This document shows positions 43,122 to 64,000 of a DNA stretch of 64,000 bases, one piece after another. Numbering within the stretch: position 1 is the stretch's first letter; each line of letters starts with the position of its first letter. The stretch is from NCBI RefSeq assembly GCF_009914755.1, contig NC_060928.1. The stretch is one strand, 5' to 3'. This stretch comes from the human T2T-CHM13v2.0 reference genome, Homo sapiens. Under the pieces are notes generated by a model, which did no database searches, was not told where the DNA came from, and worked only from the letters and a program-made list of their open reading frames with translations. The position numbers were made by a program, and so were the translations under genes.

Positions 43122-43608
43122 TGCAGAGTCCATCCCACAGAATTTGGCTGAGCGAGGGATGAAAGAAGTATGCAGACACAGGTATTTTACCTAACAGTGC
43201 AGCTAGGGGACTGTACCACTTATCACCACCTACAAGAATGCAGCCGTGAATAGCCATTGATGCTCGCATTTGTTTACTACAGATGTAATGACAAAGGCTT
43301 GGAACAAACACAATTTGTGGGTAATAAACATCGTAGGCCCCCAAGTAGAGAGCAGTCCTGCACATGAATGATCAAAGGTCAGTTTTAGGAGATCAGTTTT
43401 AGGACAACATGAATAAACAAGCTATTTAGATAAATTCCTCTACATTCCTTTGTATCTACTCCTCACCCTTTGCCCTAGGGTAAGGACAGCTGCCTTCAGC
43501 TCATTCTTCCCCGAAGCTTTGCAAAACCTCCCGGCCTTCCAAGAAGGTTTGTGTCTTTCCCTGTAACTTTTTCTTACAAATTTTTCCACCACCCTGACCA
43601 ATCTTCAG
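43122..43608 (-). mobile_element. LTR22 (HERV-K HML-5) solo LTR nested in the ERV pol
   Basis: Reverse strand GGTCAGGGTGGTGGAAAAA...CTTCTTGGAAGGCCGGGAGGTTTTGCAAAGC; 5-bp TSD CCACC. Confidence 0.75.
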
Positions 43609-45156
43609 CCACCCTCTCTGGGAACGTTTTGTGGCCCTTATTCCAAATTTGTCTAACAACCTCCCCATCCTGCAATATGCTCACAAGAAAAAGAAATGGG
43701 TTATCAAATGTGAATATATCCTAAAACATGAAAGATTGTATAAATTGGGAGCGGTTCTCTGTCTTCCCAGGCCCTCCAACAGGAAGTAATAAGGGCACTC
43801 CATAATTCTTGTCACTTTGGGAGAGACCATCTCCATCAGCTGTGCAAAATATTTTTGTCAAGTTTGTAAAGCCTATCCATCTCGTGTCTGTAATAATCCT
43901 GGAGGCCCTAAGCCACTCTAGTTAATTAATTCAGCCTGTTCAGCAACAAGAAACCTAGCTAACAGGAAGACTGGCAGATAGACTTCACTTAATTGTCAGC
44001 CTGTCGAGGCTATAACTACCTTCTGATCTTTGGGGACACCTTTACTGGCTGGGTTGAAGAATCTCATAGTAGAATAGAAAAAATTCAAGTAATTTCCAAG
44101 GCCCTTCTCAAATAAATTATCTCTTGATTTGGGCATCCACGGTCTTCACAAAGTAACAAAGGTTCATATTTTATTTTACACACTACCCAGTTAGTGGCAA
44201 AAGCCCTAGGGATAAAATACTTTTTACAGTCCTCCTGAAGGCCATAACCTTCTGGGAATGTAGAAAGAACTAATCGAGCTATTAAAAGCACCCTGAGCAA
44301 ATGATGCCAGGAAAACCTCTTTACCATGGCTAGAACTTCTGCCCATGGCATTTTGCAGATCAGAACAGCCCCTCAATTACATCTATGCCTTAGTTTTATT
44401 GAAATCCTATATGAGAGATCCTTTCTACTTGCAAACTTAACATTACACCAACAGGTTACCAAATTAACCCAGTACCTAAAATCCCTGACTCAATTTCAAG
44501 AGGCCATCCGGAGTTTGCCTGCCTAAGTGACACTTGCAACAACCAACAACCGTTTTACCCCGCAGGATCAGCAGTCCTCATTAAAATCTGGAGAGATGGG
44601 TCTTTTGGATCGCAACTAACCTCTTTACAAAAGAACCCCTTTACTGTCATACTTTCTACTCCAATAGCTATCAAAGTTTCTGGCATCTCTAGTTGGATAA
44701 ATCACTTTTGAATAAAACCCTGGAAAGACTTTAAGGAACCAGATGTGGAACCAGAACTCAGCTACTGTTGTGAGCCACTGGAGGACTTAAAATTTCTCTT
44801 TGAATGAGAGGATAAGTAATGTTCTCCCTCTTTTTACCTTAAAGTAGGGCAATCCCAATATTGGCAATCTTATTTGCAGGGGCACTGTTTATTCTTTCTT
44901 TAACCCTATCTTGTGCAGCACCAGGAGTTCCAATAAGAGCTTGCTTTATCTAATATCAATTTTTTAGCCTAATGATTTATTTTACTTTTGGTTGCTTTAG
45001 TGCGTCAGCAATGTTAGTAATATTTTGATGTTTATATTACAAGTCATAATACTCTGCAGATTTACTAATATGCCTTTGTTACCATAAACCAACACCCCCT
45101 CCAGGGAAGAGTTAACTGTGACCCTCCTCAATTTAAACCTCAAAGCCATAATCTGA

Positions 45157-45405
<249 letters not shown>

Positions 45406-47207
45406 TAATGCTCTATGATCATTACTCACACTTCTGGCTAAAAGCACCCTTATAAGCTCTAATTGCCCACAACCTTTTAGAACTCTGCAGGCAGCTCCAC
45501 AAGCACTAATGTCTGCCAATTCCTCCTATGCCTCAACCCAGCTGTGCATGAATTCCATTCAGGGTAAAAATGGCCTACTTGGCCACAATACAAGAATGGG
45601 CAACTACTCAAGCCCAACTTAGTTTCACTTACCATTGGGACCTCTTCATACAAAACCTTCCCCCTGCTAACATACTATTTCTAACCCAAGCTAAAGAGGC
45701 CTTTGAAGATTTTCTTAAGCCCAACCCCATTGTTTTAAGCCCCTTGTTCTCCCCTGTAACCCTCATTGGCCAGGCATCTCTATGCATCTATGCTACCATC
45801 AATTCCAGAACTCTTATGGGTGGGTGCTCTTGACCCAGCATAATGCAACACATCCAGCACCACTATTAATACCCCACAAGCTTTTTTAACTTTCATTAAA
45901 TATTCCCGATACCAAATGAGATTCTCTACTTATCACCCCCAATATTTTAACTCCTGAACCATGTATCCAAAATGATGCCACTGAATTCTACCTCAATCAC
46001 TCTTCTTGCAGTCAATCCAACCCATGGTATCAACCAAGCCAGTATGAATTATGCAATAGGTTTCAAGTCTTTTATTCCTTTCAGAAAACCCTTCTCCCAG
46101 ATACTACTAGACACATGATTTTGTAGAAAAATAGACTCATTCTCTTATTCAAACTAATCACCCATGTCTAACTCTCTAGACAGCAGCAACTTTAGTGGCA
46201 GAATATCAGATACTGGGCAGCCAAAATGGACACTTGTCAATGTTTGGAGCTGACCTCAACTCTTTCTGCATTCATTCTTGTTTATGGAGTGCAGAACTTT
46301 ACTTCCTATGGAAGATGCAGGCTCATCTCTGCCTCTCTGCAAATTGGACCAGAACATACACTCTGGCTTACCTCACCCCTAAAATTTCCATTGTTCTGGG
46401 TGATGCTTCTCTGCTGTTACCCTTATTTACCACCTCACACCAGATCAGCTCAGAAGTTTATCTAATTTCCTTCCACAATGAGCTTGTCATCACAAGTGCC
46501 ACCACAGGAATAGCTGTCATTGTTATTGCCTCCTCAACTTTCCACAACCCATCTCTGGAACTGACTCATAAAATAGAAACCACTGCTCAAACTCTAACAG
46601 GGTTACAGCAACAGGTTTATTATCTTATGACTGTAGTTCTCCAGAAATTGTAGAGGTCTTGACACACTGACTGCAGCTCAGGAATAAATTCGCCTTATGC
46701 TAGGAGAAAAATGCTGTTTCTGGGTTAACAGATTAAGGCAAGTCCAGAATCATGTGAGAGATTTTATACACCAGGCCTCTTCCCTTCAGAAACATGCCAC
46801 TTAGGTCTAGTTCTCCTGGGGTGCCACCTGGTCCCAGACCTCATGACATCTCATTTTGTTGGGATCCCTGGCCTTTGTCTTCCTTTTTCTCCTTTTTGGG
46901 CCTTGCTCACTAAATCTACTAACCAGATTTGTTCCTTCTCACCTAGAAACTCTCAGAGTTCAAATGGTCCTCTAACAGGAATATTAACCTACTTTTTTCC
47001 CTGCTGGAAAACTGTGTCCCTACACATTTTCTCTGGAGACTGCAAGTCAAACCTGAGAGAACATGGAGGATATCTTTCCCTGACAAAGGACAAAACAATG
47101 AGACACTGATGAGTTCTTTATCTCATGTCAGCAGGAAGCAGTTACGGAAGACCCACAGTGCCCCTAAACTCAAAGATTTTTAGGGTCTCAATCTGTTGAG
47201 GGGAGAA

Positions 47208-47420
47208 TGTTAGAGTAGGCAGTTAGACATGAGCAGAAAAAAAAAGCCCCTGAGGGAGGAAAATCTCATGCTCCAAAGACAACCCGAAACATGTATGCTA
47301 AATTGAGCAGAGAGGACGGGAAATACCTGTGAAGAAAGAATACCCTGAAACACCCCTTAAGACACCCAGTAATTGCTCATACTGTGGTTAAACTGTCAGA
47401 ATATAGCTAGTACATGCTGA
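47208..47420 (+). mobile_element. Truncated 3' LTR (MER66-like)
   Basis: TGTTAGAGTAGGCAG...GACATGAGCAG directly after the PPT. Confidence 0.65.
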
Positions 47421-47480
47421 CATGTATACATCTTTGCATACACAGATACCTGAAAATGGGATTGCTGGATTGTATGATAA

Positions 47481-47888
<408 letters not shown>

Positions 47889-50382
47889 TGACAACATTGA
47901 TTCCTTTTGTGTGTTGAATAGTGGCCATGCTAATGGGTGAGAGGTAAGAGCTCACTGGGATTTTGCTTTGCATTTCTCCCAAAAAAATAATTTTGATGAT
48001 CCTTTCAAATGCCTCTTGGCCATTTGCATAGCCTTTTTAAAGAAATGTCTTTGGAGACCTTGGTTCATTTTATTAAAAATCAAGATATTCACTATTGGTT
48101 GTTGTGTTTTAGAAGTCATTTATACATAAGGGATGTTAATTCCTGTCGAATAGATTACTTGCAATTTCTTCCCCATCTCCTGGTTGGCATTTGTACTCCA
48201 CTAAGCGTTTCCCTTGATATGCAGAAGGTTTTGAAAGTTTGATATAGTACCATTTTTTATTCTTTTCTTGTTACTTCTGCTTTTAATGTAATACTCAAAA
48301 AATTTGTGAAAATTAATGTTATTATGCTCCTCCCTATTTTTCTGAACGTTGAAGAGATATATGTCTCACATTTAGGTATTTGGTCTGTGTAAAATATTTT
48401 CTTTGCATGCTATCAAAGGGAAAGGTCCAAGTTCATTATCTTCTATTTAGGTGTTGAATTTTTTGACACCATTTGTTGGAGAGTCTGACCTTTTCTTCAC
48501 TGTTTGGTCATGATAACCTAGTAAAAAATTATTTGATAATATTCCCAAAAGTTTATTTCTTGGTTCTCTGTTCTGTTCCATCAACCATTTGTTTGTCTTT
48601 ATGCCAATATCACAATGGTTTTATTTTTGTAGCTTTGGAATCAGTTTTGACATCATGAGGTGTGGTACCTCTAACTTTGTTTTTTTCTAAAGCTGTGTTG
48701 GCTATTCATGGTCCCTTGTGATTACATATGAATTTTAGGATTTTATCAAATATCTCTGTAAGAGAAGTAACATTGGAATTTTAATAAGGCTGACATGGAA
48801 TTTGTGCATCACTGAGTAGTATTGACAGCTTAACAATACTAAGTCTCCTGACTGAGAAATGTATGTGTATGTTTATGTCTGTGTTTGTGAATGTTTGGAA
48901 TTGCATCAGAGATCATGTAAGGTGAAGAGAAAGAGTACAAAGTGTTTCTATGGCCTGTCTCTGGACTCCTGCACATTCCGAACCATGGAAGGTAGGCAAA
49001 CCACATGATCTCCAGCTGTTTTATCTTTTTAGATGTATCATTGTCAAGTTGGTATGGCAATAAAAATGTCTTTCAAAAGTTGAAAACAAATGTCCGTCTT
49101 TGGCCCAATCTCACACACAAATACCCAGAAAGTTGGAAGTTAAGGAAGGTAAATTCTCAGTGGTGGAATTGTAGGTTATTTTAATTCACTTTATTGAATT
49201 GCTTTTTATTTTCTAATGTTTGGCATTGTGTCATTTAATTAAAATAAAACATCATATATGTTTTATCCTTGCCTTTATTTGTATATCCATGTAAAATGAA
49301 GAAAGAAAGAACAAAAGAAAGGGAGAGAAAAAGAAACAAAATGTAAGAATTTAAAAAATGAAAGGAAGAAAGGAAGCAGAGAAAAAAATAAAATTTTAAA
49401 AGTGCTATAAATTAGAGCCAAGAAAGCATCTGGATAACGTAATCACTGTTTTGCTATACAAGGCCCAAGCCAGCAGGGCCTCCTGGGAGAGACAGAGATA
49501 TTGGAGACTGCAAATAACTCCTAAACAATTTCCATTTTTATCGCTTTTCATTCATTGTGTAAGTTACCTACACTTTTTTTGTCAGCTGAAACTAATTCCA
49601 GTTGTCTAACAATATTTTACTTTGTTATTATAATCCAGGTTCAAAAAATAAGAATAAAAGTGTTTTCTAGGCTGGTTGCTTATTTGTAAATTAGTCTAGG
49701 CAGAATGATCAGTCTAGAAAAGAATCCTTTATTAGCATTCTGAACAGGGATCCTGGCCAAGAGGAGGAATTCTCCAGAAAGGAGCCAGGGATCTCAGTAT
49801 AAGAAAAACTCTCGGTCGGGTTCAGTGACAATCACAAGCAATTTCACTCTGACCAGATTAGACTCTGGCTGGCAGTGTGGAAAAAGCCCAACTTTGGGAG
49901 AATCAAACCAGGACCTTCCAGGTATTCATTCATTTACCAAGAAAGCATTGATGATGTAAAGTGATGTGCATCACACTGTGTTTAGGGCAATCAAAGTTAA
50001 ATAAAAATGCATAAGGCATATCCACCTTTCTGGAAACACACTCTAGTTGGGTGCATCTGAATGCCTACATTTGGTGTTGCTATTCTGGGGAATGTGATGA
50101 TATTATTGTGGTTTTAGTAGCATTTCCTAATGAGTAATAATATTGAAACATTTTACATGCCACTTAGAATTTGTCTATTCAAATGCTTTATTCGTGTTGC
50201 ATTGGTAAATTATTGTATTAACTCATAAGAGTTCTCTTAATATATTTATTCCTAGACCCAAATCAGATTTAAAACTTAAAATGTTTTGCCATTAAATATT
50301 TTGTCTTTTGTATTCATTATGATTCTGTTCAAAAAGCAAATGTTTTTCTGTTTCATGAAGTAGTATTCTTTATTTTTCTCTT

Positions 50383-50650
50383 GTTTTGAGACAGGGTCTC
50401 TGTCACCCAGTCTGGAGTGCAGTGGCACAATTGTGGCACACTGCAGCCTCAATCTCCTCTCCTGAGGAGCTGGGACTACAGGCCTGTGCCCCAGTGCCCA
50501 GCTTTTTTTTTTTTTTTTTTTTTTTTTTTCGTAGACATGAAGTCTCACTATGTTGCCCAGGGTGGTCTCAAACTCCTGGGATTGTGTAATTCTCCCACCT
50601 CAGCCTCTCCAAGAGCTAGGATTACAGGCATAAGCCATTGATCCTGGCCT
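50383..50650 (-). mobile_element. AluJ with an expanded middle T-run
   Basis: Diverged antisense Alu. Confidence 0.85.
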
Positions 50651-50994
50651 AAGTTTTTCTTATTCTTGATTTTGCTTTTGTGTAATACCTAAGATATTTT
50701 TTGCCTAATCCAACATTATAAAAATTTACTCTAATTTTTGTCCAGTGAATATGATAATTTTAACTTTTAAAATTAGAGATATAATCAATTTTTAATATTT
50801 TATTTTGTGTGGTTTGAGTTAGGTGGTTCAGCTTTATTTGTTTGCATGTTGACAACTGATTTCTCAGTATCATTTGTTGAAGAAACTTCTGCTATTAAAA
50901 TTTCTTGGCATCTTTGACAAAATTAATTTTACCACAAAGTAATATATTTATTAATATACCACAAATTCTATTCCTTTAATCTATAAAAATCTAT

Positions 50995-58188
<7,194 letters not shown>

Positions 58189-58325
58189 AAAATCTATCCT
58201 TATAGTAGTACCCTATTGTTTGGTTATGATAACATTTTAGTAAGAACTGATATCAGAAGTAAATTTTGTTTTTATTTTCAAAGTCTCATGTGTGTTTGAT
58301 TTTTTTTTTTTGCACATCCATATAG

Positions 58326-58610
<285 letters not shown>

Positions 58611-59488
58611 TGATAACCTTGAATATTAGATATATCTTTCCTTATACAGTTTTAAAAATTTCTTTCAGCATTTTAAATAATTTTCACTGTAAAGTATGTG
58701 TACTTGCTTTTAAAAATATGTTCCCAAATGGTTTTTCCAATGTTATTATTAAATTTTTTCTTGACTTAATTTTTAGTATGTCGATTACTGTTATATAAAA
58801 GTATTATTTCATCTTGTATATTAATCTCGTATTTTGTGACATTAATAAACTTTATTAGTTCAAGTAAGTTTTTGATAAATTTATAATAGTTTTTTATACA
58901 ACACTATGGCAAGGAAATAGTATTCTACTTCTTTTCTAATCTGAAGGTTTTATTTATTTTTCTAGTATAGTTTTCTGGCTAGTACTTCCAGTACAGTGTT
59001 AAACAGAGTGGAAGAAATGTACATTCTTGTTCCATTTTTTGAACTTACACATAAAGTCTGCAATTATCCACCAGTAAGTGTACTATTAGCTGTTGATTTT
59101 TTATACATGCTTTCTAGCAGGTCTTAGAAGTTCCATTCTAGTAGTTTTCTGAGTGTTTTATCATAAATAGGTGCTGGATTTGTCAAACTTTTGCATCTAT
59201 TTAAGTTGTCACTTTTTTCTATTGTTCAAGTAACATTTTGTAATATGTTGATTTTTAAAATATTAAGCCAACACTGCATTTGTGAAAAACTATTACTTGG
59301 TCATTGTATGTAATCAGTTTTACATATTGCTAAATTTAGTTTGCTAACATTTCTGATAATTTCATCAGGAATTCTATATTTATATAGGATTTTGGTCCAC
59401 AGTCTTCTTTATTTGTGATCCTTTTGTCTGCTTTTAGTATCACAGTACTCCTGGCTAATAGATAAACAGAAAAATCTTACCTGTTCTA

Positions 59489-59826
<338 letters not shown>

Positions 59827-60099
59827 TTAATAATGTGGAAGAAACAAGAAGCTATAAGGTGACAAATCTTATTTGGAAAAAGTCAAATATAAAGTAAACA
59901 ATTAAAGATTAATCAGTCTATTTAATTTACAACATTTGAGTGAAACATTGAATTAGTCTGAGCTAACGAGAAGATTAGGGAACCTAGAATACTGAGCAGA
60001 ATTAGTGTAAAAGCAGAAAAGGAGAAGAAGTTATATAACCACAAATATACATTTATGAAAAGTAGAATGAGAGGAAATAAAACAAATCTATTTTTTTCA

Positions 60100-60434
<335 letters not shown>

Positions 60435-60484
60435 TTAGAGTTGGTATCTTCTAAGTTTCTAAAATCAAAAACCAGACATAAGTC

Positions 60485-60792
60485 TTTTTTTTTTTTTTTT
60501 TTTTGAGATGGAGTCTCACTCTAGTCACCCCAGGCTGGAGTGCGGTGGTGTCATCTCGGCTCACTGCAACCTCCGCTTCCGGGGTTCAAGCAATTCTCCT
60601 GTCTCAGCCTCCTGAGCAGCTGGGACTACAGGCACACACCACGACACCTGGCTAATTTTTGTATTTGTTTTAGTAGAGACGGGGTTTTACCATATTGGTC
60701 AGGCTGGTCTTGAACTCCTGACCTTAGGTGATCCACCTGCCTCAGCTCCCCGAAGTGTTGGGATTTCAGGCATGAGTCACCGCACCCAGCCT
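60485..60792 (-). mobile_element. AluS
   Basis: Full Alu; TSD TAAGTCTTT. Confidence 0.92.
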
Positions 60793-61101
60793 AAGTCTTT
60801 AATAGAAGAAACACAGTGGGTCAAAAAATAAGGAAATTAAATACCAAAAATAGCCAAGCCACCTAACATCAAAGAGGAGAACAAATCACTATAAATCAGT
60901 GAGAGAAAAAATATATACTTTACAAGGATGGAAGTAAAATGTCCACAACTTGTGTAGAACCAAAACCAGAAAAATAAATATAAATGGAAATGTGAGAAAT
61001 TATTCTTAAAGCTGGAAATGGACACTTACCAGCAATACCTTCATCAAAATGGGTAAGTTAAAATATTTTGAAAAGAAAAATATTAATTTGGTCATCAACA
61101 G

Positions 61102-61884
61102 CGTTACGGGTGGGTCTTTGTTCTTAGAGCTCCCAAGATGGTGGCAGGCTGCTCCCAAGATGGGGCGGGCCGCTCCCAAGATGGTGGCAAGACTTTTATT
61201 CTCTGACCTGGGGTTCTTGGCCTCATGGATTCCAAGGAATGGAACCTTGGGCCATGCAGTCAGTGTTATAGCTCTATTAGAAGCCCTGGGTCACGGAAGA
61301 GAACCGTGGAACCCAGGGACTAGTGTTCAGCTCAATTAGGATGAACCCAGGCACTTAGCCACACAGGAACAATGGTGAGCCTCTAGCACAGTCAGGAGTG
61401 GCAATGGGCACCTCACTGGATCAGAAGTGCAGTGGACACCCTGCTGGATCCAGAAGGTTGGAAGTCAGTGGTGGGTCTGCGATGGTGGTGATCAGCAGTG
61501 GTGGATGGCAAGCGATAGCTCAGCTCGAGCCGGAACAAACGCAGACCAGAAGAGTGTGCAGTTGCAAATTTAATAGAGTGAAAACAGAGCTCCCATACAG
61601 TGGGAGGGGACCCAAAGGGGGTTGCCACTCCCTGCTTGAATGCCTGGGTTTATATCCCAATCATTGTCCCTCCCCCTGTGCTCTCAGTTGATACATGATT
61701 TGACTATTTCTTTACCTCTTGCTTTTAGCTTAATTTGTATTTTAGTGAACCCTCTTTACTACCTGATTGGTGGGGTGTGAGCTGAGTTACAAGCCCCGTG
61801 TTTAAAGGTGGGTGCAGTCACCTTCCCCAGCTAGGCTTAGGAATTCTTAGTCAGCCCAGGAAATCCAGCTAGTCCTGTCTCTCA
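61102..61884 (-). mobile_element. LTR17 (HERV-W) 3' LTR, full length (~783 bp)
   Basis: Reverse strand TGAGAGACAGGACTAGCTGGATTTCC...GACCCACCCGTAAC; preceded by PPT GAGAGGGGGGAC. Confidence 0.92.
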
Positions 61885-64000
61885 GTCCCCCCTCTCAACA
61901 GGAAAACCCAAGTGCTGTTGGTGAGGTTGGCTGGACAACTCTTAACTGCTATCTGCTGAACTGGGGCATAGTAGGGGTCATGCAGTTGAGATTTCCTCGG
62001 GAGGGGTGCCTTCAATGTCATCAACATCAGAGCAGGGGCTAGCAGGCCAGTCCATGGGTCCACAGTAGATCTTAGTCACGGACTGCATCTGGGGCTCCAT
62101 TTGAAGAATGATTTGTAGTTTTACAGCTTCGATTCTGGAAGAGACAAACTTAACAAGGGGGTTAAAGATACAGAGATTGAAATGTATGACCTGCAGTGCA
62201 GGGTATTATTTCTTCAGCACACTTCACAGGCCCTGACTATCTGCTTGATAGCTTTTAAAAGGCCTGGTCCAGTAAATAATGATTTGGCCATCTGATGGGT
62301 GCTATCAATGCCTAAGTGAAAGGTTTGGTGAAGAATTTTAAGTAATTTCCATTGGTTAGCTGCAGGCAAAAGTATTTTCCTTCTTCAGTGGCTAGCCATC
62401 CTGAGGGGAGGAAACTATGTCCTTGTGAGGTTCCCCATTCTATTTCTTCTGCTGAGTACTGGGGCTTGGTTTCCCAGAGGGGATTACACCTTACTAGGGG
62501 TCCTTCTATAAGTATTTCTAATGGAGGGTTCCACCTTGCGGCTCTTTTCGCTTCAATATCTGCTTGGCAATTCCCTTCTATTTCCCTTTCCTTTCCTTTC
62601 CTTTCTGGTGACCCCGGCAGTGTTAGATTGCCACCTCTTTAGGTTTCTGTACAGCCAATAATAATCTCCTAATGGCTTCCTGGTGTTTGTTAGGTGTTCC
62701 CTCAGAAGTTAGGAATTCCCTTTCTCTCCATATTGCTGTGTGGGCATGGAGGACTAGGTAAGCATACTTACAGTCTGTATATAGATTTACCCTTTTTCCT
62801 TCTCCTAATTCTAGTGTATAATGGCCCCGGCTTTTGCTAGGATGTCTCTCCCTAAGAAAGGAGTGGGGCTTTCAGGCATAATTAGAAAGGCATGTGAAAA
62901 GAGTAAAGTTCCTCAGTCACAACTTAGTGGCTCAGAGAAGTATCTAGTGACTGTCTGTCCTAGGAACCCTTGGATAGTGACAGATCTGGAGGACAGTTGT
63001 CCGGGAGAGGAGAGTAAGACTGAGAAGGCTGCACCAGTGTCCAGGAGGCAGTTAACCTCCTGGTCCTCAATGGTCAAGCATACCCGGGGCCCAGTGAGGG
63101 TGATGGCATGGGCTGGCACTTGCCCCAGGCACCCTCAGTCCTGCTGCTGGATCATCTGGTTAGTGGCTTCTGACTAAGAGAACCTTCATCCCCTGGGGCA
63201 GTGGGCCTTACAGTGATTCCCTTGACATAAGGGCATGGACAAGGGGGTGGATTATTTCTATTCAGACAATCTTTTTTAAAGTGTCCTTGTAGACCGCACT
63301 GGAAGCAGCCCCTATTAGGCATTTGATTTGCCCAGCCTTTCCCTGTTCCAGAGCCTCCAAAGTCCACTTGCCTGAAGGCCATGACTAAGGTGGCCTTTTT
63401 CTTATCCCATTTATCCCATTCTGCCTGCTCCTCTTGATCTCTATTATAAAAAACCAAGGCTGCCAAGTTCAATAGGGTTTCTAAGTTTTGCTCCGGGCCT
63501 AAGGCGGGCTCTTGAAGTATTTTTCTAATGTCTGCAGCTGACTGAATGATAAACTTATCCTTTAAGATAGTTGGCCCTCAATAGAGTCAGGTGACAGAAA
63601 GGTATGCTTCCTCAATGCCTCCCTTAGTCTCTCCAGAAAGGCAGTAGGATTTTCTTCCTTTCCCTGTGTTACAGTGGACATCATTGAATAATTTATAGAC
63701 TTCTTCCTAGTTTTCCTTAGTCTCCTATCACAAAAATTAGTAAATGTCTGTGGCACCAATCTCCATGTTCTGATTCTGCATCCCAATGAGGGTCTACACT
63801 GGGACCTGCCTGCTTACCTGTGGGGAATTGTTCTTTTTCCTCTGTTGTTATCCTATCTTTGACCTGACTGAGATATCAGAGATCGCCAAACTCTCAGGCT
63901 ACAGTTATGGTGGCACTTCTCTCATTTGGGGTTAGTGTCTGATCTAGCAGTAGCATTATATCTCTCCATGTCAGATCAAAGGATTCTCCTAACCTTTGTA
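61885..64000 (-). mobile_element. HERV-W (HERV17) internal region with large deletions; continues beyond the window
   Basis: gag CCHC knuckle CFQCGLQGHFKKDC, protease LLDTGA, RNase H remnant, env tail SSRIEAVKLQIILQMEPQMQS. Confidence 0.9.

Noticed and set aside
46195-46653. Co-opted env gene
   Set aside because: Only a 152-aa piece; frameshift at the immunosuppressive domain and nearby stops
61885-62170. Syncytin-1 (ERVW-1)
   Set aside because: Only the env tail remains, with an internal stop and the 12-nt segment that syncytin-1 lacks

Overview
This is primate, almost certainly human, genomic DNA rather than prokaryotic sequence. It holds one ZNF91-subfamily KRAB-C2H2 zinc-finger locus on the + strand, recognised from the protein as ZNF718 (4p16.3). 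The ATG-only first coding exon ends at 113 in a CpG-rich region. The terminal exon starts at 30257 and has 11 intact fingers, followed by fossil fingers in the 3' UTR. I could not find the KRAB-A or KRAB-B exons that normally lie between them. The window therefore looks like a KRAB-deleted allele, with a probable junction in a TSD-less Alu at about 2273-2566. On this allele the exon1-to-terminal-exon splice is out of frame, and the finger frame has no AUG. The rest of the window is nested retroelements: MER67-like, MER4A1, MSTA, a two-LTR MER61 provirus, an LTR5_Hs solo LTR inside an Alu, a complete THE1, an AluYa5 downstream of the stop codon, a full-length L1PA retaining the ZNF93-bound segment, a MER66-like ERV with a nested LTR22, an older near-full-length L1, a deleted HERV-W provirus and about 25 Alus. 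Most ORF-track entries are repeat artefacts. I see no convincing new multi-gene system. The best leads are the KRAB-less allele, its frame consequences and candidate recursive-splice (AG|GTGAGT) sites. Repeat subfamily names come from memory of consensus sequences, not from a search.
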